Assembly (NCBI GenBank): GCA_033345195.1 | Contig: JAWPOE010000008.1 | Location: 181,048 to 245,047 of the forward strand | Direction: 5' to 3' | Length of the DNA: 64,000 bases | DNA from: Alphaproteobacteria bacterium | GTDB taxonomy: Bacteria; Pseudomonadota; Alphaproteobacteria; Rs-D84 | In this document: positions 6,863 to 17,893 of the stretch, piece by piece | Position numbering within the stretch: position 1 is the first letter of the stretch | How the letters are laid out: the number at the start of each line of letters is the position of its first letter | Made by a program: the position numbers and the translations under genes | The notes under the pieces: generated by a model | Told to the model about the DNA's origin: nothing | Database searches by the model: none | The model's input: the letters and a program-made list of their open reading frames with translations, nothing else

Positions 6863-9333
6863 AATTTCGTGTGCGTTTTGATAAAGGCGCGCATAAATCC
6901 AGGATCAATATTTTGCATTATTTCAGATAACGAATATTTCCGGTCGCCGTTTGGCAGAACGCTTAACGCAATGGTTGCGGGTTCTGGGGCTGTGCCGCGC
7001 AAGGTTAAATCGAATTCTGCGGTCATCATGCCGTCTGTGATTGCCAGACCACCAATGCCGTCTGTGTGGCGCATTGATAATTCAATTGGTTTGGTCGTTA
7101 TAAAGTTGTCGCGTTCATAGGTCCCAACCATATGCATCTTTTTTAATCGTGTTTCGCCGGTTGTTAATGCGTTGGCCAATGCATATTCTGCGTTTAATGT
7201 TGTTATGTTTTCGGCAGACGCATAGAAATTATCAAATGACATCCCAATTATATATCCATCGTTAAACGTCATATCCAGTGTGCCGGTCATGTTATAGTAA
7301 ATGTCGTGTGCAATTTGACCAGATGTTGACAGTGCAATTTCAGCCGTTATCATCGTGTCACGAATGTTTAGTGGCATGTCAGATGACAGTAATTTTCCAT
7401 TAATTACAAATTGGTTTAATTGAATGAATATATCGTAATTTGTTTTGTCTTGTTCAATCGTTGCCAATAAATTTCCGCGTGCAGAATCTGTGATTGAAAA
7501 TGTCTGTGTGCCGGGTTTTAGTGCGTATACAAAGTTCTGATATTCGTTCCCGTTATATATTAATGAATCTGCGGACAATGATATGTTTACTGGTAAATCG
7601 AATGGGATTAAAATTGGCGCATTGGTTAGAAATTCCAGTTCGGCAAAGTTATCCAGAAATGCCTGATTTGTAAATGTGTCCAGTGATAATGTTTTTGTGT
7701 GCAGTGTAATATTTTTCCCAGATACACTGCCGTTAAATTCGTGGCCTGAAACAGAAATATTCAGATTTGAGATTTTGTCGTCCTGGAAAAATCCAGATAT
7801 GATATAATCGTCATCGTTGATTGATTGTAAATCAATGCCAGGGAACCATGTCTTGAAACTGCGTCCAGTCAGGTAAAAATAATTGTCGTATGTTGATAGT
7901 TGCCATTGCTTGTTGTGTGGCGTGAATGTCAACATACCGTTTGCCCATGAAAAATTACCAACGTCTGATAACATGAATTCTGGCAAAAAGGGCAGGTTAA
8001 TATTTAGCCATTTTAATGTCTTGTTCTGGGCAAAGTTATATGATGGTGTTACACCGTTTGGGGTGATGGTATATGTGCCACCAATATCAGAAAACTGAAA
8101 CTTAATTGTGCCACGTTTGCCAAAGCGCGATACGATGTTCATTAATTTGTCATTTGTTGGCATTGGGGTGTCTGATTGAACTGTTACGTCAAATTTATCA
8201 CCGTTGACAGAAATGCTGCCGCTTAAATTTCCGTATGTAAATTCAGAACATGACCATTTTTCAGGTGTCCCAGAAAATAGACACATTACATTTGTGCCGT
8301 CATATGGCATCGTAATCAGTATGTTTTCGGCGCCATTTTGTGTGATTGTGCCACCTGTGATTGCAATGTCGTCTGCGATAATGTTTGCGATTTGAAATTT
8401 GTCGGATGTGCCGACTGCATCAATTTTTAGGTGTTTAAAATCACGGTCTGCGAATGTTAAATTGCCATATAAATCCAGATTGAATTTCGTTTTGTGTAAT
8501 ATCCTGTTTGGTTTTAGTAAAAATGAAAAATCAAATGTCATGTCGTTGGACACCAGTTGAATGTCCTTGTCACCGTTGGGCAGTATTTCAATGTTCCCAG
8601 AAAAGTTATCTGATTCGATATTCGTGAATTTATAGCCGGTGCCACCATCCCATTCAAAGTTTGTTGTTAGTTTAATTGGGCGGTTTATTTTTGGTTCTTT
8701 GAATCCAAACCATTCATTTATGTTTTTTGTTTCTATTGACATGTGACCACGGATTGAACCGTCGGAATAAAACTGGCCAGTGATGTCCAGGTTGTTGTTT
8801 TTGTTTTTTATGTAAAAGGTGTCGCCAATAAATTCGACGTCGTATTTGTGTTCCTTGGTGCGTATTGTGCCGTGGAATGCCCCATCGGTAAAGTCTGCAC
8901 GGACAATGTGGAATTTACGACCTTTGAATTTTATATTGCTGTTATAGATTTCAATGTTGTGATTAAAGTTTGCAGGTTCCAGTTTATCAACAGTTATGTC
9001 GGCGTCGTATATGACAACAGGACCATTTAACTTTGCGTTTTCGATATCAAAAAAACCGCGGAATGGGATTGAAAACATTACAGACCCAATTTTTGCCGTT
9101 GGAATAGTCACGTCGTGTGCAACAATTGTGGCGCCACCAATCAGACTGAAATGCAGACTGCCATTTAATTTTGCGGGGACGTGTGTTTGTTCATAAACAG
9201 ACTTCTCTATCATTGGTCTGAATTTGTTTAACGTTATCATTGGCGGAACAATTATTGCCACCAATACAAAGGCGCATATTGTGCATAAAATGGTTAGAAA
9301 AATTCTGCGTTTGATTTTGGGTTTTAATGCCAT
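6859..9333 (-). CDS. AsmA-like (bridge-like lipid transfer family) protein
   Basis: N-terminal membrane anchor, AsmA-like start (FRPMIEKSV...LNGSLHFSL), long beta-rich body. Confidence 0.6.
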   Translation of the reverse strand: MALKPKIKRRIFLTILCTICAFVLVAIIVPPMITLNKFRPMIEKSVYEQTHVPAKLNGSLHFSLIGGATIVAHDVTIPTAKIGSVMFSIPFRGFFDIENAKLNGPVVIYDADITVDKLEPANFNHNIEIYNSNIKFKGRKFHIVRADFTDGAFHGTIRTKEHKYDVEFIGDTFYIKNKNNNLDITGQFYSDGSIRGHMSIETKNINEWFGFKEPKINRPIKLTTNFEWDGGTGYKFTNIESDNFSGNIEILPNGDKDIQLVSNDMTFDFSFLLKPNRILHKTKFNLDLYGNLTFADRDFKHLKIDAVGTSDKFQIANIIADDIAITGGTITQNGAENILITMPYDGTNVMCLFSGTPEKWSCSEFTYGNLSGSISVNGDKFDVTVQSDTPMPTNDKLMNIVSRFGKRGTIKFQFSDIGGTYTITPNGVTPSYNFAQNKTLKWLNINLPFLPEFMLSDVGNFSWANGMLTFTPHNKQWQLSTYDNYFYLTGRSFKTWFPGIDLQSINDDDYIISGFFQDDKISNLNISVSGHEFNGSVSGKNITLHTKTLSLDTFTNQAFLDNFAELEFLTNAPILIPFDLPVNISLSADSLIYNGNEYQNFVYALKPGTQTFSITDSARGNLLATIEQDKTNYDIFIQLNQFVINGKLLSSDMPLNIRDTMITAEIALSTSGQIAHDIYYNMTGTLDMTFNDGYIIGMSFDNFYASAENITTLNAEYALANALTTGETRLKKMHMVGTYERDNFITTKPIELSMRHTDGIGGLAITDGMMTAEFDLTLRGTAPEPATIALSVLPNGDRKYSLSEIMQNIDPGFMRAFIKTHTKF

Positions 9334-9391
9334 TCTCTCTGTCCTTGTTTTTTTATTATAATGGATTATATTAAGGTTGCGAATAAAAAAA

Positions 9392-11383
9392 ATGAAAAAA
9401 GCAGAATTTTATCTTGAAAGTGATTATAAGCCCATGGGGGACCAGCCAACCGCAATTACAGAGTTGGTAGATGGCGTTAATTCCGGAAAACAATCCCAGG
9501 TTTTATTGGGGGTGACCGGGTCTGGTAAGACGTTTACAATGGCAAATGTGATTGAAAGACTTGGGCGGCCGGCGCTGATTATGGCGCCTAATAAAATTTT
9601 GGCGGCACAGCTGTATACGGAAATGAAGTCGTTCTTTCCGCGTAATCATGTCGAATATTTTGTGTCTTATTATGATTATTATCAGCCAGAGGCATACATG
9701 CCAACCACAGATACATATATTGATAAAGATGCGTCGATTAATGAACAATTGGACCGTATGCGACACAGTGCAACACGCGCAATGTTGGAAGAACGCGATG
9801 TTATTGTAGTGTCCAGTGTGTCTTCGATTTATGGTATGGGGTCGCCCGAACAATATGCAGGTATGAAATTGGTATTAAATGCCGGCGATATGGTTTCGAT
9901 GCGTGATGTGATGCGGGCGTTGGTCGATATTCAATATAAACGTAATGATACGGCGTTTGAACGTGGCGATTTTCGCGTGCGTGGTGATGTGATGGATATC
10001 TTTCCGTCCCATTCCCAGGACCGTGGGTGGAAGTTGTCTTTCTGGGGGGACGAGATAGAAGAAATCTGGGAATTTGATGTTTTAACGGGTGCAAAATTAA
10101 AAAAGATAGACAGGATTGCGGTCTATCCAAATACACACTATGCAACACCAATGCCCAGTGTTTTACAGGCGTTAACGCAAATTCGCGCGGATTTAAAAGA
10201 ACGATTGGAATACTTTCATGAAAATATGAAATATATCGAAGAACAGCGTTTGCGTGAACGTGTGAACTTTGATATCGAAATGATGGAAAGTACGGGTACG
10301 TGTCGTGGGGTGGAAAACTATTCGCGATATTTATCGGGGCGATTGCCAGGTCAGCCACCACCAACGTTATTTGAGTACTTGCCAAAAGATGCGGTCTTGT
10401 TTATCGATGAAAGCCATGTGACGGTTCCACAAATTGGCGCAATGAGTCGCGGTGACCGCGCACGTAAAGAGACGCTGTCGCAGTATGGGTTTCGATTGCC
10501 GGCCTGTGTTGATAATCGACCCTTGACGTTTGAAGAGTGGGATAATTTACGTCCCCAGACTATATTTGTTTCTGCAACGCCTGCGGAATGGGAATTGACG
10601 CAATCGGGTGGCGTCGTTTCAGAACAGGTTATTCGACCCACAGGGCTGTTAGACCCGATATGTGATGTTCGACCAATTGAACATCAGGTTGATGATTTGC
10701 TGGGCCAGGTAAAACATGTGTCGGGGCGTGTGTTGGTGACGACGCTGACCAAGAAAATGGCGGAACAGTTAACTGATTACTTTAATGAAAATGGTGTGCG
10801 CGCACGATATCTGCATAGCGATATTGAAACCTTGGAACGAATTGAGTTATTGCGTGATTTGCGCCTTGGAAAGTTTGATGTGTTGGTTGGAATTAATTTA
10901 TTACGCGAAGGATTAGACGTTCCAGAATGTGAATTGGTCGCAATTATGGATGCAGACAAAGAAGGGTTCTTGCGTTCGACGCGTTCACTTATTCAGACGA
11001 TTGGTCGTGCGGCACGTAATGCAAATGGGCGTGTGATTCTGTATGCGGATAAAATTACGGATTCTATGCGTGCGGCGTTGGATGAAACGGCGCGTCGACG
11101 CGAAAAACAAATGGCATATAATACAGAACATGGTATAACACCAAAAACAGTTAGCAAGGCAATCTTTGCAGAGGTTGGTGACAAACAAGAAAAGACTGAC
11201 AAGGCGCGTAGGTTTGTGTATGATAAGTCTGGTGGTGTTATGGATGCGGATTCAATTCGCAAGGAAATAAAACGTTTAACACGCGTAATGCATACACATG
11301 CGGAAAATCTGGAATTTGAAGATGCGGCCGCGGTTCGTGATGCAATTCATAAACTGGAAGATGATTTGTTGTTGGTGGAGTAG
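9392..11383 (+). CDS. uvrB: excinuclease ABC subunit B
   Basis: [45 protein letters not shown]-terminal UVR domain. Confidence 0.98.
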   Translation: MKKAEFYLESDYKPMGDQPTAITELVDGVNSGKQSQVLLGVTGSGKTFTMANVIERLGRPALIMAPNKILAAQLYTEMKSFFPRNHVEYFVSYYDYYQPEAYMPTTDTYIDKDASINEQLDRMRHSATRAMLEERDVIVVSSVSSIYGMGSPEQYAGMKLVLNAGDMVSMRDVMRALVDIQYKRNDTAFERGDFRVRGDVMDIFPSHSQDRGWKLSFWGDEIEEIWEFDVLTGAKLKKIDRIAVYPNTHYATPMPSVLQALTQIRADLKERLEYFHENMKYIEEQRLRERVNFDIEMMESTGTCRGVENYSRYLSGRLPGQPPPTLFEYLPKDAVLFIDESHVTVPQIGAMSRGDRARKETLSQYGFRLPACVDNRPLTFEEWDNLRPQTIFVSATPAEWELTQSGGVVSEQVIRPTGLLDPICDVRPIEHQVDDLLGQVKHVSGRVLVTTLTKKMAEQLTDYFNENGVRARYLHSDIETLERIELLRDLRLGKFDVLVGINLLREGLDVPECELVAIMDADKEGFLRSTRSLIQTIGRAARNANGRVILYADKITDSMRAALDETARRREKQMAYNTEHGITPKTVSKAIFAEVGDKQEKTDKARRFVYDKSGGVMDADSIRKEIKRLTRVMHTHAENLEFEDAAAVRDAIHKLEDDLLLVE

Positions 11384-11387
11384 GGAT

Positions 11388-11786
11388 ATGAAAGAATTTA
11401 TTTTAGAAAATGTTGAACAAATGCGTGCATGGGCGCGTGAGTTTGCCAAGGGATTGTCTGCGCCGTGCGTTGTGGCGTTGCATGGTGATTTGGGGATGGG
11501 AAAATCTGAAATTGCGCGCGCAGTAATTCAAACGTTGCGTGGGGCGGATACTGTGGTGCCCAGTCCGACATTTACAATTGTGCAATCGTATGATGGGATT
11601 TCGCATTTCGATTTATATCGTGTCGAAGATGCGTCTGAATTAACAGAAATTGGTCTGGGACATGCAGTTGAAAATGATATTACATTAATCGAATGGCCGG
11701 AAATTGCCATGGATGTGTTGCCAGAAAATACGATTAATATTTTTATCACCCAGCATGGCGATGGACGACAGGTTGTAATTAAATAG
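11388..11786 (+). CDS. tsaE: t6A tRNA modification ATPase TsaE
   Basis: GDLGMGKS, VPSPTFTIVQ, HFDLYR, IEWPE. Confidence 0.95.
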   Translation: MKEFILENVEQMRAWAREFAKGLSAPCVVALHGDLGMGKSEIARAVIQTLRGADTVVPSPTFTIVQSYDGISHFDLYRVEDASELTEIGLGHAVENDITLIEWPEIAMDVLPENTINIFITQHGDGRQVVIK

Positions 11787-11921
11787 TTTGGGAAAAAGTA
11801 CCAATATGATTTGGGAATATGTTGCGCTATATTTATATACGCGGATACAATTCGCGATGCAGGCGTGCACGAAAACGGCTTTTATGGCCACGAACCCACA
11901 TCCCTATATGCATGGTTTGCA

Positions 11922-11951
11922 GAAATACACCCCAGTTGGGGTGTGTTTTTT
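11922..11951. terminator. bidirectional terminator-like hairpin
   Basis: AAATACACCCC-AGTT-GGGGTGTGTTTTTT. Confidence 0.7.
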
Positions 11952-13734
11952 ATGTGTTTGGAATATCTTTTTTTAACAGGCTGTGTACCGCCAATGGAAA
12001 ATCTGGGGATTTTGCAAGGTATGAACCGCTGACCAACATGTCGGCACCTGCGTCCCAGCATAACTTTGCAGTTCTGTCGTTTATGCCACCGTCAACAGAT
12101 ATAACAAATTTTAATCCGTATTTCTTTCTGGTTGCGGCCAAAACAGAAATTTTATGCAGGGCGTCTGGTTCAAAACTTTGACCGGCGGCCCCCGGTTCGA
12201 CGGACATAATCATAACCTCATCAATGTCGCGAAGAACGGGTTTTAATATAGATATAGAAGAACCAGGATTTAGCGCGATTCCAACGCGACGACCGGCATT
12301 TTTAACAATTTTTATTGCAGCACGCAGACCAGATGTGTTGGTTGATAGTATGACTGTATCTGCACCAGCAGCAATTGCGTCTGTTGCCCAGATGTTCGGG
12401 CTTTCTGTCATTAAATGTACATGCAGGTGCGCGTTTGTGTGTGCGCGAATTGTTTTTAATTCTTCGATGCTGCCGGCGATTCTGTCGACATAAAAACCGT
12501 CCATAATATCGACATGTATCATAGATATACCGCCGGATTTAAACAGGCTATATGTTTCAGGGCGATGCATATCAAAACACAATGTGCTGGGTAATATTGG
12601 AATAAAGCGGGTGTGATGTTTTCGTTTGCGCTTAAATAATTTATGAACCCAATTTGTGCGTTTCTGCCAGCGGTCGTGGCGCGCGATAAATGTTTCACGT
12701 TTGGGTTGCAGGCCACGCCATATATAGTCAGACAGGGCGCGGACGGTCGCGTCTGTGGGCATTGCGTCGGTTAATACGGCAAATGCGTTTTCGATAAAGT
12801 CACGCAGACCTTCGATTTCTGCGCCGCCACCAGTTAAAATTATCTTTGTTGGGTGGTATTTTGTAAATGCTTTCAGGCATTGGTCTTTGATTTGGCCGAT
12901 AATATCAACCAATATTGGAATTATGATGTCGTTAACGTCGGCACGTGAAAAATCATATGCGGTATCTGCCGGTGTAAAACGGTCCATTTCTTTTGGAATT
13001 AGTGATGCAACAGCGCGTTTAATTTGGTCAGCAGATTCAACAGATATATTTAATTGTTCAGAAATTGTGTTTGTTATGTCTGTGCCACCCAGTTTTATTT
13101 TTGTGTGAAAAACAGGGCCGCGGTCTGTCCAGATTGATGCACTGGTAAATTCTGCGCCAAAATCGATGAATAATGTTGGCTGTTTTTCTGTGCGGTAAAT
13201 TGCGTTCTGAATAAAATGTGGATCATAAAATGATGTTGGTTGAATAAATGCATCGCGCATGTGTTCATATATTTTATCAACCCCGGTGCGTGAATAATAA
13301 ATTATTCCAAAAATTGATACCAACTGATGGTCGATATGGCCAATCGGTGACAGCATATTGCGCGCATGTGGTGTGTCATATCGTAATGGAACAATATGCA
13401 TCGGAAAATAGCCATCTGGTGGTGTTATTCTTGAAATCTGTGTGCGTATGTCAGATGTTGTAATTTTGTGTTCCCCAGACCATGCATCATGTTGGGCAGA
13501 CATTTCAAATGCAGATGGGCCAAAGTTTCCGGTTATAAAGGCGTCGTCAAAATGTGAACCAATTTGTTTTTCCAGTTCATCAACAACAGACTTTATTGCA
13601 AATACGGTATCAAAACTGTCCATGCTGAAAAATGCAGAACGGTCAATTTGGGCGTTGCGTATACGATGCGCCATGCCACGTACACCGTACGTGCCAATAT
13701 CCAGACACAGAAAAGATGAATCGTATAAGTTCAT
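11950..13734 (-). CDS. ftsA: FtsA-like actin ATPase fused in frame to ribulose-phosphate 3-epimerase (Rpe)
   Basis: N-terminal part: LDIGT, IDFGA, GGTDIT..I, ILTGGGA. C-terminal part: HVDIMDG, HLM, MSVEPG..GQ.F, VDGGIN, GAD.LVSGS. Follows ftsQ. Confidence 0.85.
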   Translation of the reverse strand: MNLYDSSFLCLDIGTYGVRGMAHRIRNAQIDRSAFFSMDSFDTVFAIKSVVDELEKQIGSHFDDAFITGNFGPSAFEMSAQHDAWSGEHKITTSDIRTQISRITPPDGYFPMHIVPLRYDTPHARNMLSPIGHIDHQLVSIFGIIYYSRTGVDKIYEHMRDAFIQPTSFYDPHFIQNAIYRTEKQPTLFIDFGAEFTSASIWTDRGPVFHTKIKLGGTDITNTISEQLNISVESADQIKRAVASLIPKEMDRFTPADTAYDFSRADVNDIIIPILVDIIGQIKDQCLKAFTKYHPTKIILTGGGAEIEGLRDFIENAFAVLTDAMPTDATVRALSDYIWRGLQPKRETFIARHDRWQKRTNWVHKLFKRKRKHHTRFIPILPSTLCFDMHRPETYSLFKSGGISMIHVDIMDGFYVDRIAGSIEELKTIRAHTNAHLHVHLMTESPNIWATDAIAAGADTVILSTNTSGLRAAIKIVKNAGRRVGIALNPGSSISILKPVLRDIDEVMIMSVEPGAAGQSFEPDALHKISVLAATRKKYGLKFVISVDGGINDRTAKLCWDAGADMLVSGSYLAKSPDFPLAVHSLLKKDIPNT

Positions 13735-13743
13735 TTGCGTTTG

Positions 13744-14424
13744 CTATTTTACATAAGTGCGTGCGCTGTCACGCATGTCGATGACAGTGATGTCTTTGTG
13801 TAAAATGTTGTGATTTTTGTTAAGGGAAATTAAACTGGTAACTGCAGATATCGGATCTGTTTCTGGTAACATAACGGTTATTCCGCTGGTTGTGTGCAGA
13901 TTCCAACGACGGTCTTCAATCCATTCAAGATAGTCAAGGTCGCCAATCAGATTGCGTGCAACGCGTGTGATTTCTGAGATATCGTTGGGCAATTTGCCAC
14001 GAAATACAATGTTGCCTGTGTCGCGTGTATCGGTTGGTTTGTTTACAATTGTGCCATCGCCAGATAATGGGAAATAATTTTCGCCATCTGTCCACAGGGC
14101 GACCGCCTGATATAAAGATACCTCAACAGAAATATTTCCGTTTGGCATGCGTCGAACCGCAGATTTGCGTACGCCCGGGATTGCGCCAACGCGCGCGTTC
14201 ATTGCATTCAGGTCAACAGAATATGAATGTGTGCCGGGGGCAATTGTGGCCACAGTCGCCAGACCCGATAAGTCCGCATTTTTTATGTCGGCAGATATGG
14301 ATATATTTCGTACCAGTGATAATTTGCCGTGCCCAGTACCAGTCATAATAATACGTACAGAAAAATAGATTGCTAAGACAATAGCAATGATAAAACACAG
14401 CCAAAACCAGATTGAACGCTTCAT
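13744..14424 (-). CDS. ftsQ: cell division protein FtsQ/DivIB
   Basis: TM helix, POTRA-like segment (VRKSAVRR.PN..SVEV), RRWNL, C-terminal IDMR. Lies upstream of ftsA. Confidence 0.85.
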   Translation of the reverse strand: MKRSIWFWLCFIIAIVLAIYFSVRIIMTGTGHGKLSLVRNISISADIKNADLSGLATVATIAPGTHSYSVDLNAMNARVGAIPGVRKSAVRRMPNGNISVEVSLYQAVALWTDGENYFPLSGDGTIVNKPTDTRDTGNIVFRGKLPNDISEITRVARNLIGDLDYLEWIEDRRWNLHTTSGITVMLPETDPISAVTSLISLNKNHNILHKDITVIDMRDSARTYVK

Positions 14425-14470
14425 GGGCAATATTATACCATAAAAAAGTGTGTTTCGCAAAGATTGATTA

Positions 14471-14851
14471 TTACATTGCGCGTAATAAATAGCCGCGACG
14501 GAACATGCATTTGCGATAAGAGCCAACAGATTTTGATGTCGTGTTGCGGGGAACAGACATTAGACTGCGCTGGCCGACGTCACGATATTCGTTGGATTGA
14601 AATGTTACCCACAGACCGTCCCAGTCGGGCATCTGGCCGCTTTGATTCGGGGCCAATAATTTTGCAATGCGTGAACGTGGCTGGTGCGCGGGTCTTGTAA
14701 TGCCCAGGCAAGCCTTGTGGTCGCGAACGAATTGTTCGGTGGTGACGGCCTCATTCTCCCAATTCAAAATGGTGGCGTCATCAATACTGCCGCGATTGAC
14801 GGATGCGCATGATGCCAGGACCAAAAATAATGGTAAAAATTTTATTCTCAT
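14471..14851 (-). CDS. hypothetical lipoprotein
   Basis: Lipobox LASC; DHKAC...YRKCM..RGY Cys pair. Confidence 0.75.
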   Translation of the reverse strand: MRIKFLPLFLVLASCASVNRGSIDDATILNWENEAVTTEQFVRDHKACLGITRPAHQPRSRIAKLLAPNQSGQMPDWDGLWVTFQSNEYRDVGQRSLMSVPRNTTSKSVGSYRKCMFRRGYLLRAM

Positions 14852-14928
14852 GTTTTCTATTATAATTTATTTGCCTTTTGGTGGCAATAGTTTTTATAAT
14901 GTATAAAAAAGAGAGAAAGGACAAAGGA

Positions 14929-15252
14929 ATGGCTATTACCGTTCAACAATTTATTAAGTTGGCAAATTATTATAACCAAACAGTTATAACGATGTCTGCA
15001 ATTTGTGTGCAAAAGGGCGGAATTGCAATGGAAAACTATGTCGGGCGTTTCTATGGCGCAGATGTGCTGGAATTCGTTGTGGAATATGGGCGGCGCTTGC
15101 AGGCACAAAATAAAAATTTACAACCAGAAATTGTTGCGCTGATTAACCGTTTTAGTGCACAATATGAACGGGTCAAGGATTTGGTAACGCCAACACAAAA
15201 ACCATTCCATGAAATGACGTTGGAAGAATTTGAAAAGGTTATGAATATTTAA
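14929..15252 (+). CDS. hypothetical protein
   Basis: AAGGA RBS before ATG 14929. Confidence 0.65.
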   Translation: MAITVQQFIKLANYYNQTVITMSAICVQKGGIAMENYVGRFYGADVLEFVVEYGRRLQAQNKNLQPEIVALINRFSAQYERVKDLVTPTQKPFHEMTLEEFEKVMNI

Positions 15253-15271
15253 TAACTTAGGGAGATGTTTT

Positions 15272-16612
15272 ATGAAATTTGTTCAAAAGTATTTGTGTGG
15301 TTTTATTGCGTTGGGGGTGCTGCTTGTTTGTGTGGGGTGCACGAAAAAACAACAGCAGGCGCCATTGTATGATAATATAACTGTTGTTGATGAATTGGTG
15401 ATTGATTCTAATTCTGTGCCAATCTTTCCAAAAAAGGCGGCGTTGACAACAGATACGGCACGCAGATTTTCGATTGAGTTGCCAAAACGGTGCGAAGTAG
15501 ACTGGGATAATCAGAGTGTTGTTTCCGTCGTTCCATCTGAAAAGATAGAAATTATTCGCCTGAATACCGGTGATAAATTGCCTGAATTACAGGTGTCTGA
15601 TTATGAGTTTAAAGATTTAACTGTAAAGCGTGCGCTGGATAAATTGCTGGATGGGACAGATATTTCTGTGGTCGAAGACGAAAGTCTGTACGAGAAGATT
15701 ACAGGTACGATTTCATCGGGCGAATTGTCAGATGCGGTTGAACTGATGACGAAAATGGGACGCGTTTATTATTCGTATGATGAAAGTACGGGCGAATTAC
15801 ATTTGGCACATCGTGCAAAATGGTTGATAAAAATGCCACAAGATGAAACGATTATCATGGCACTGTTAGATGCAATGCATGGCGCAGATATGCGAAATCT
15901 GTTGGTCGATTGGGCAGACAAGACCGTTGTGTTCGAAGGTAATTATCAGACAGAACGTGAAGTGGCCAAGATTATCGCTGATATTTCTGGTAAAAAATAT
16001 ATGTTGGCGTGGGATATTGATGTATATCGTGTGTATCCACGCACAGATAATCCAATTGTTTGGATGAATCTGTTGCCGGCGTTTGGTGAAAAAAATATAA
16101 AAATGTCAATCCCAGGTGTTGTTGGGCGTGCGCTGGTTGTGGGGCCTGAAATTAACACAAAAACATTACAGGAATTCTTGGGACAACAGGCAAATGTTGT
16201 TTTGGTATCCCAGGGGACGTTTGCAATCCCAAATGGGTGGCAGTCGCGATTTGATATTGGGCAATGCGGTCGTGAAGAACGTCTGGAAACAGATTTGATT
16301 ATTGGTGCAACGGGTAAATATGCGGACTTTGCGGGGCGTAAAAAGATTGATGCGAAAATTGTTTTGCGTACGTCAAATGGGGAATTGTCATCCTTTAATA
16401 TTCCGTCCACGGTTGGTGATAACTATGTAATTGTTGGTATTCCAACTCATTCGTTTGTGACGACACCGGAAACATTGGTTTCACCATTTGCAGAACTGGT
16501 TGTCTTTATGTCGCCGCGTATAATTTCAATTGTTGATGGACCAACGGGTCATGATGATAATACCACGGATTTGGTTGGTGATGCATTGCGTGATTTTTTA
16601 AGTGAAGAATAG
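15272..16612 (+). CDS. secretin-like outer-membrane lipoprotein (PilN/BfpB-like)
   Basis: Lipobox-like CVGC; N-domain-like FKDLTVKRALDKLL; C-terminal ELVVFMSPRII resembles the secretin ELVIFITP motif. Confidence 0.5.
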   Translation: MKFVQKYLCGFIALGVLLVCVGCTKKQQQAPLYDNITVVDELVIDSNSVPIFPKKAALTTDTARRFSIELPKRCEVDWDNQSVVSVVPSEKIEIIRLNTGDKLPELQVSDYEFKDLTVKRALDKLLDGTDISVVEDESLYEKITGTISSGELSDAVELMTKMGRVYYSYDESTGELHLAHRAKWLIKMPQDETIIMALLDAMHGADMRNLLVDWADKTVVFEGNYQTEREVAKIIADISGKKYMLAWDIDVYRVYPRTDNPIVWMNLLPAFGEKNIKMSIPGVVGRALVVGPEINTKTLQEFLGQQANVVLVSQGTFAIPNGWQSRFDIGQCGREERLETDLIIGATGKYADFAGRKKIDAKIVLRTSNGELSSFNIPSTVGDNYVIVGIPTHSFVTTPETLVSPFAELVVFMSPRIISIVDGPTGHDDNTTDLVGDALRDFLSEE

Positions 16613-16624
16613 GGTGGTTTAATT

Positions 16625-17878
16625 ATGTTTTCAAAATTGGAAAGAAAGATTGCGTTTAGATATTTGGGGGCTAAAAAGCGTGGCTTTGGTTCGGTGATTT
16701 CATGGGTGTCGCTGATTGGTATTATGCTGGGGGTGGCGACGCTGATTGTGGTTATGTCTGTTATGGGCGGGTTTCATGATACGCTGTTGGGGCGTATCGT
16801 TGGAATGAATGGGCATGTGGTTGTTTATCACCAAGATGGTGCGATTTCTGATTTTGATTTCTTGATTGATAAAATGAAGCAGAACAAGGTTGTCGCCCAA
16901 CGTGCAACATCAATTGTGCCAATCGCCGAAGGGCAGGTTATGGCAACTGCCAATGGTAAAAATACAGGCGCAATGATACGTGGGATTCGAATGAACGATT
17001 TGGCGGCAAAAACGCAAACAGGAACACGTATATATGGCAAAAGTTTGTCTGAAATCAAAGATGGCGAATTGGTTGGTGGGTCGTCTTTGACACGCGCGTT
17101 GAATGTGACAATGGGGGACAAGATTTCGTTGGTGTCTGCCAATGGTGCAACGCCAACGCCATTTGGTTCAATGCCACGAATTATGTCTTACCCGGTGATG
17201 AGTTCGTTCTTTATGGGTATGTATGAATATGATTCTGGGTATATCTTTATGCCGTTGGAAACCGCGCAAAAGTATTTAAATATTGGCAATGGTGTGACGC
17301 ATATTGATTTATTCTTGGACAATCCAGAAGATACAACAGCGGTGGTCGAAAGTTTGTCGCGCCTGTTGCCAGAAGGCTTTGTTGTGCGTGATTGGCGTGA
17401 TTTAAATCGTGGCTTTGTCGGGGCATTACAGGTTGAATCAAATGTGATGTTTTTAATCTTGATGTTAATTGTTATTGTTGCGGCGTTTAACATTGTTTCC
17501 AGTCTGGTTATGTTGGTAAAGGACAAGAATAAAGATATCGCGGTTTTGCGTACGTTTGGTGTGTCGCGTAAATCAATGATGAAGATATTTATTTTGTCGG
17601 GGACATCAATCGGTGTGATTGGGGCGTTTTTCGGTACGATATTGGGTGTGTTGATTGCGATATATGTTGAACCGATACGTCAGTTTTTCCAATGGATGAC
17701 CGGACGTGATTTGTTCCCGTCAGAATTATATTATTTGTCTGAGCTGCCATCAAAGTTGGTCATAGGCGAGGTTGTTGGTATTGCCCTGATTGCGATTTTA
17801 TTGGCGTTCTTGGCAACATTGTATCCGGCATGGAAGGCGGCAAAAACCGACCCGGTAGAGGTGTTAAGGAATGAATAA
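16625..17878 (+). CDS. lolE: lipoprotein-releasing ABC permease LolC/E
   Basis: IAFRYL, LGVATLIVVMSVMGGF, AAFNIVSSLVMLVKDK..DIAVLRT, ATLYPAWKAA..DPVEVLR. Confidence 0.92.
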   Translation: MFSKLERKIAFRYLGAKKRGFGSVISWVSLIGIMLGVATLIVVMSVMGGFHDTLLGRIVGMNGHVVVYHQDGAISDFDFLIDKMKQNKVVAQRATSIVPIAEGQVMATANGKNTGAMIRGIRMNDLAAKTQTGTRIYGKSLSEIKDGELVGGSSLTRALNVTMGDKISLVSANGATPTPFGSMPRIMSYPVMSSFFMGMYEYDSGYIFMPLETAQKYLNIGNGVTHIDLFLDNPEDTTAVVESLSRLLPEGFVVRDWRDLNRGFVGALQVESNVMFLILMLIVIVAAFNIVSSLVMLVKDKNKDIAVLRTFGVSRKSMMKIFILSGTSIGVIGAFFGTILGVLIAIYVEPIRQFFQWMTGRDLFPSELYYLSELPSKLVIGEVVGIALIAILLAFLATLYPAWKAAKTDPVEVLRNE

Positions 17879-17893
17879 AAGAGTGTGAGCAAA

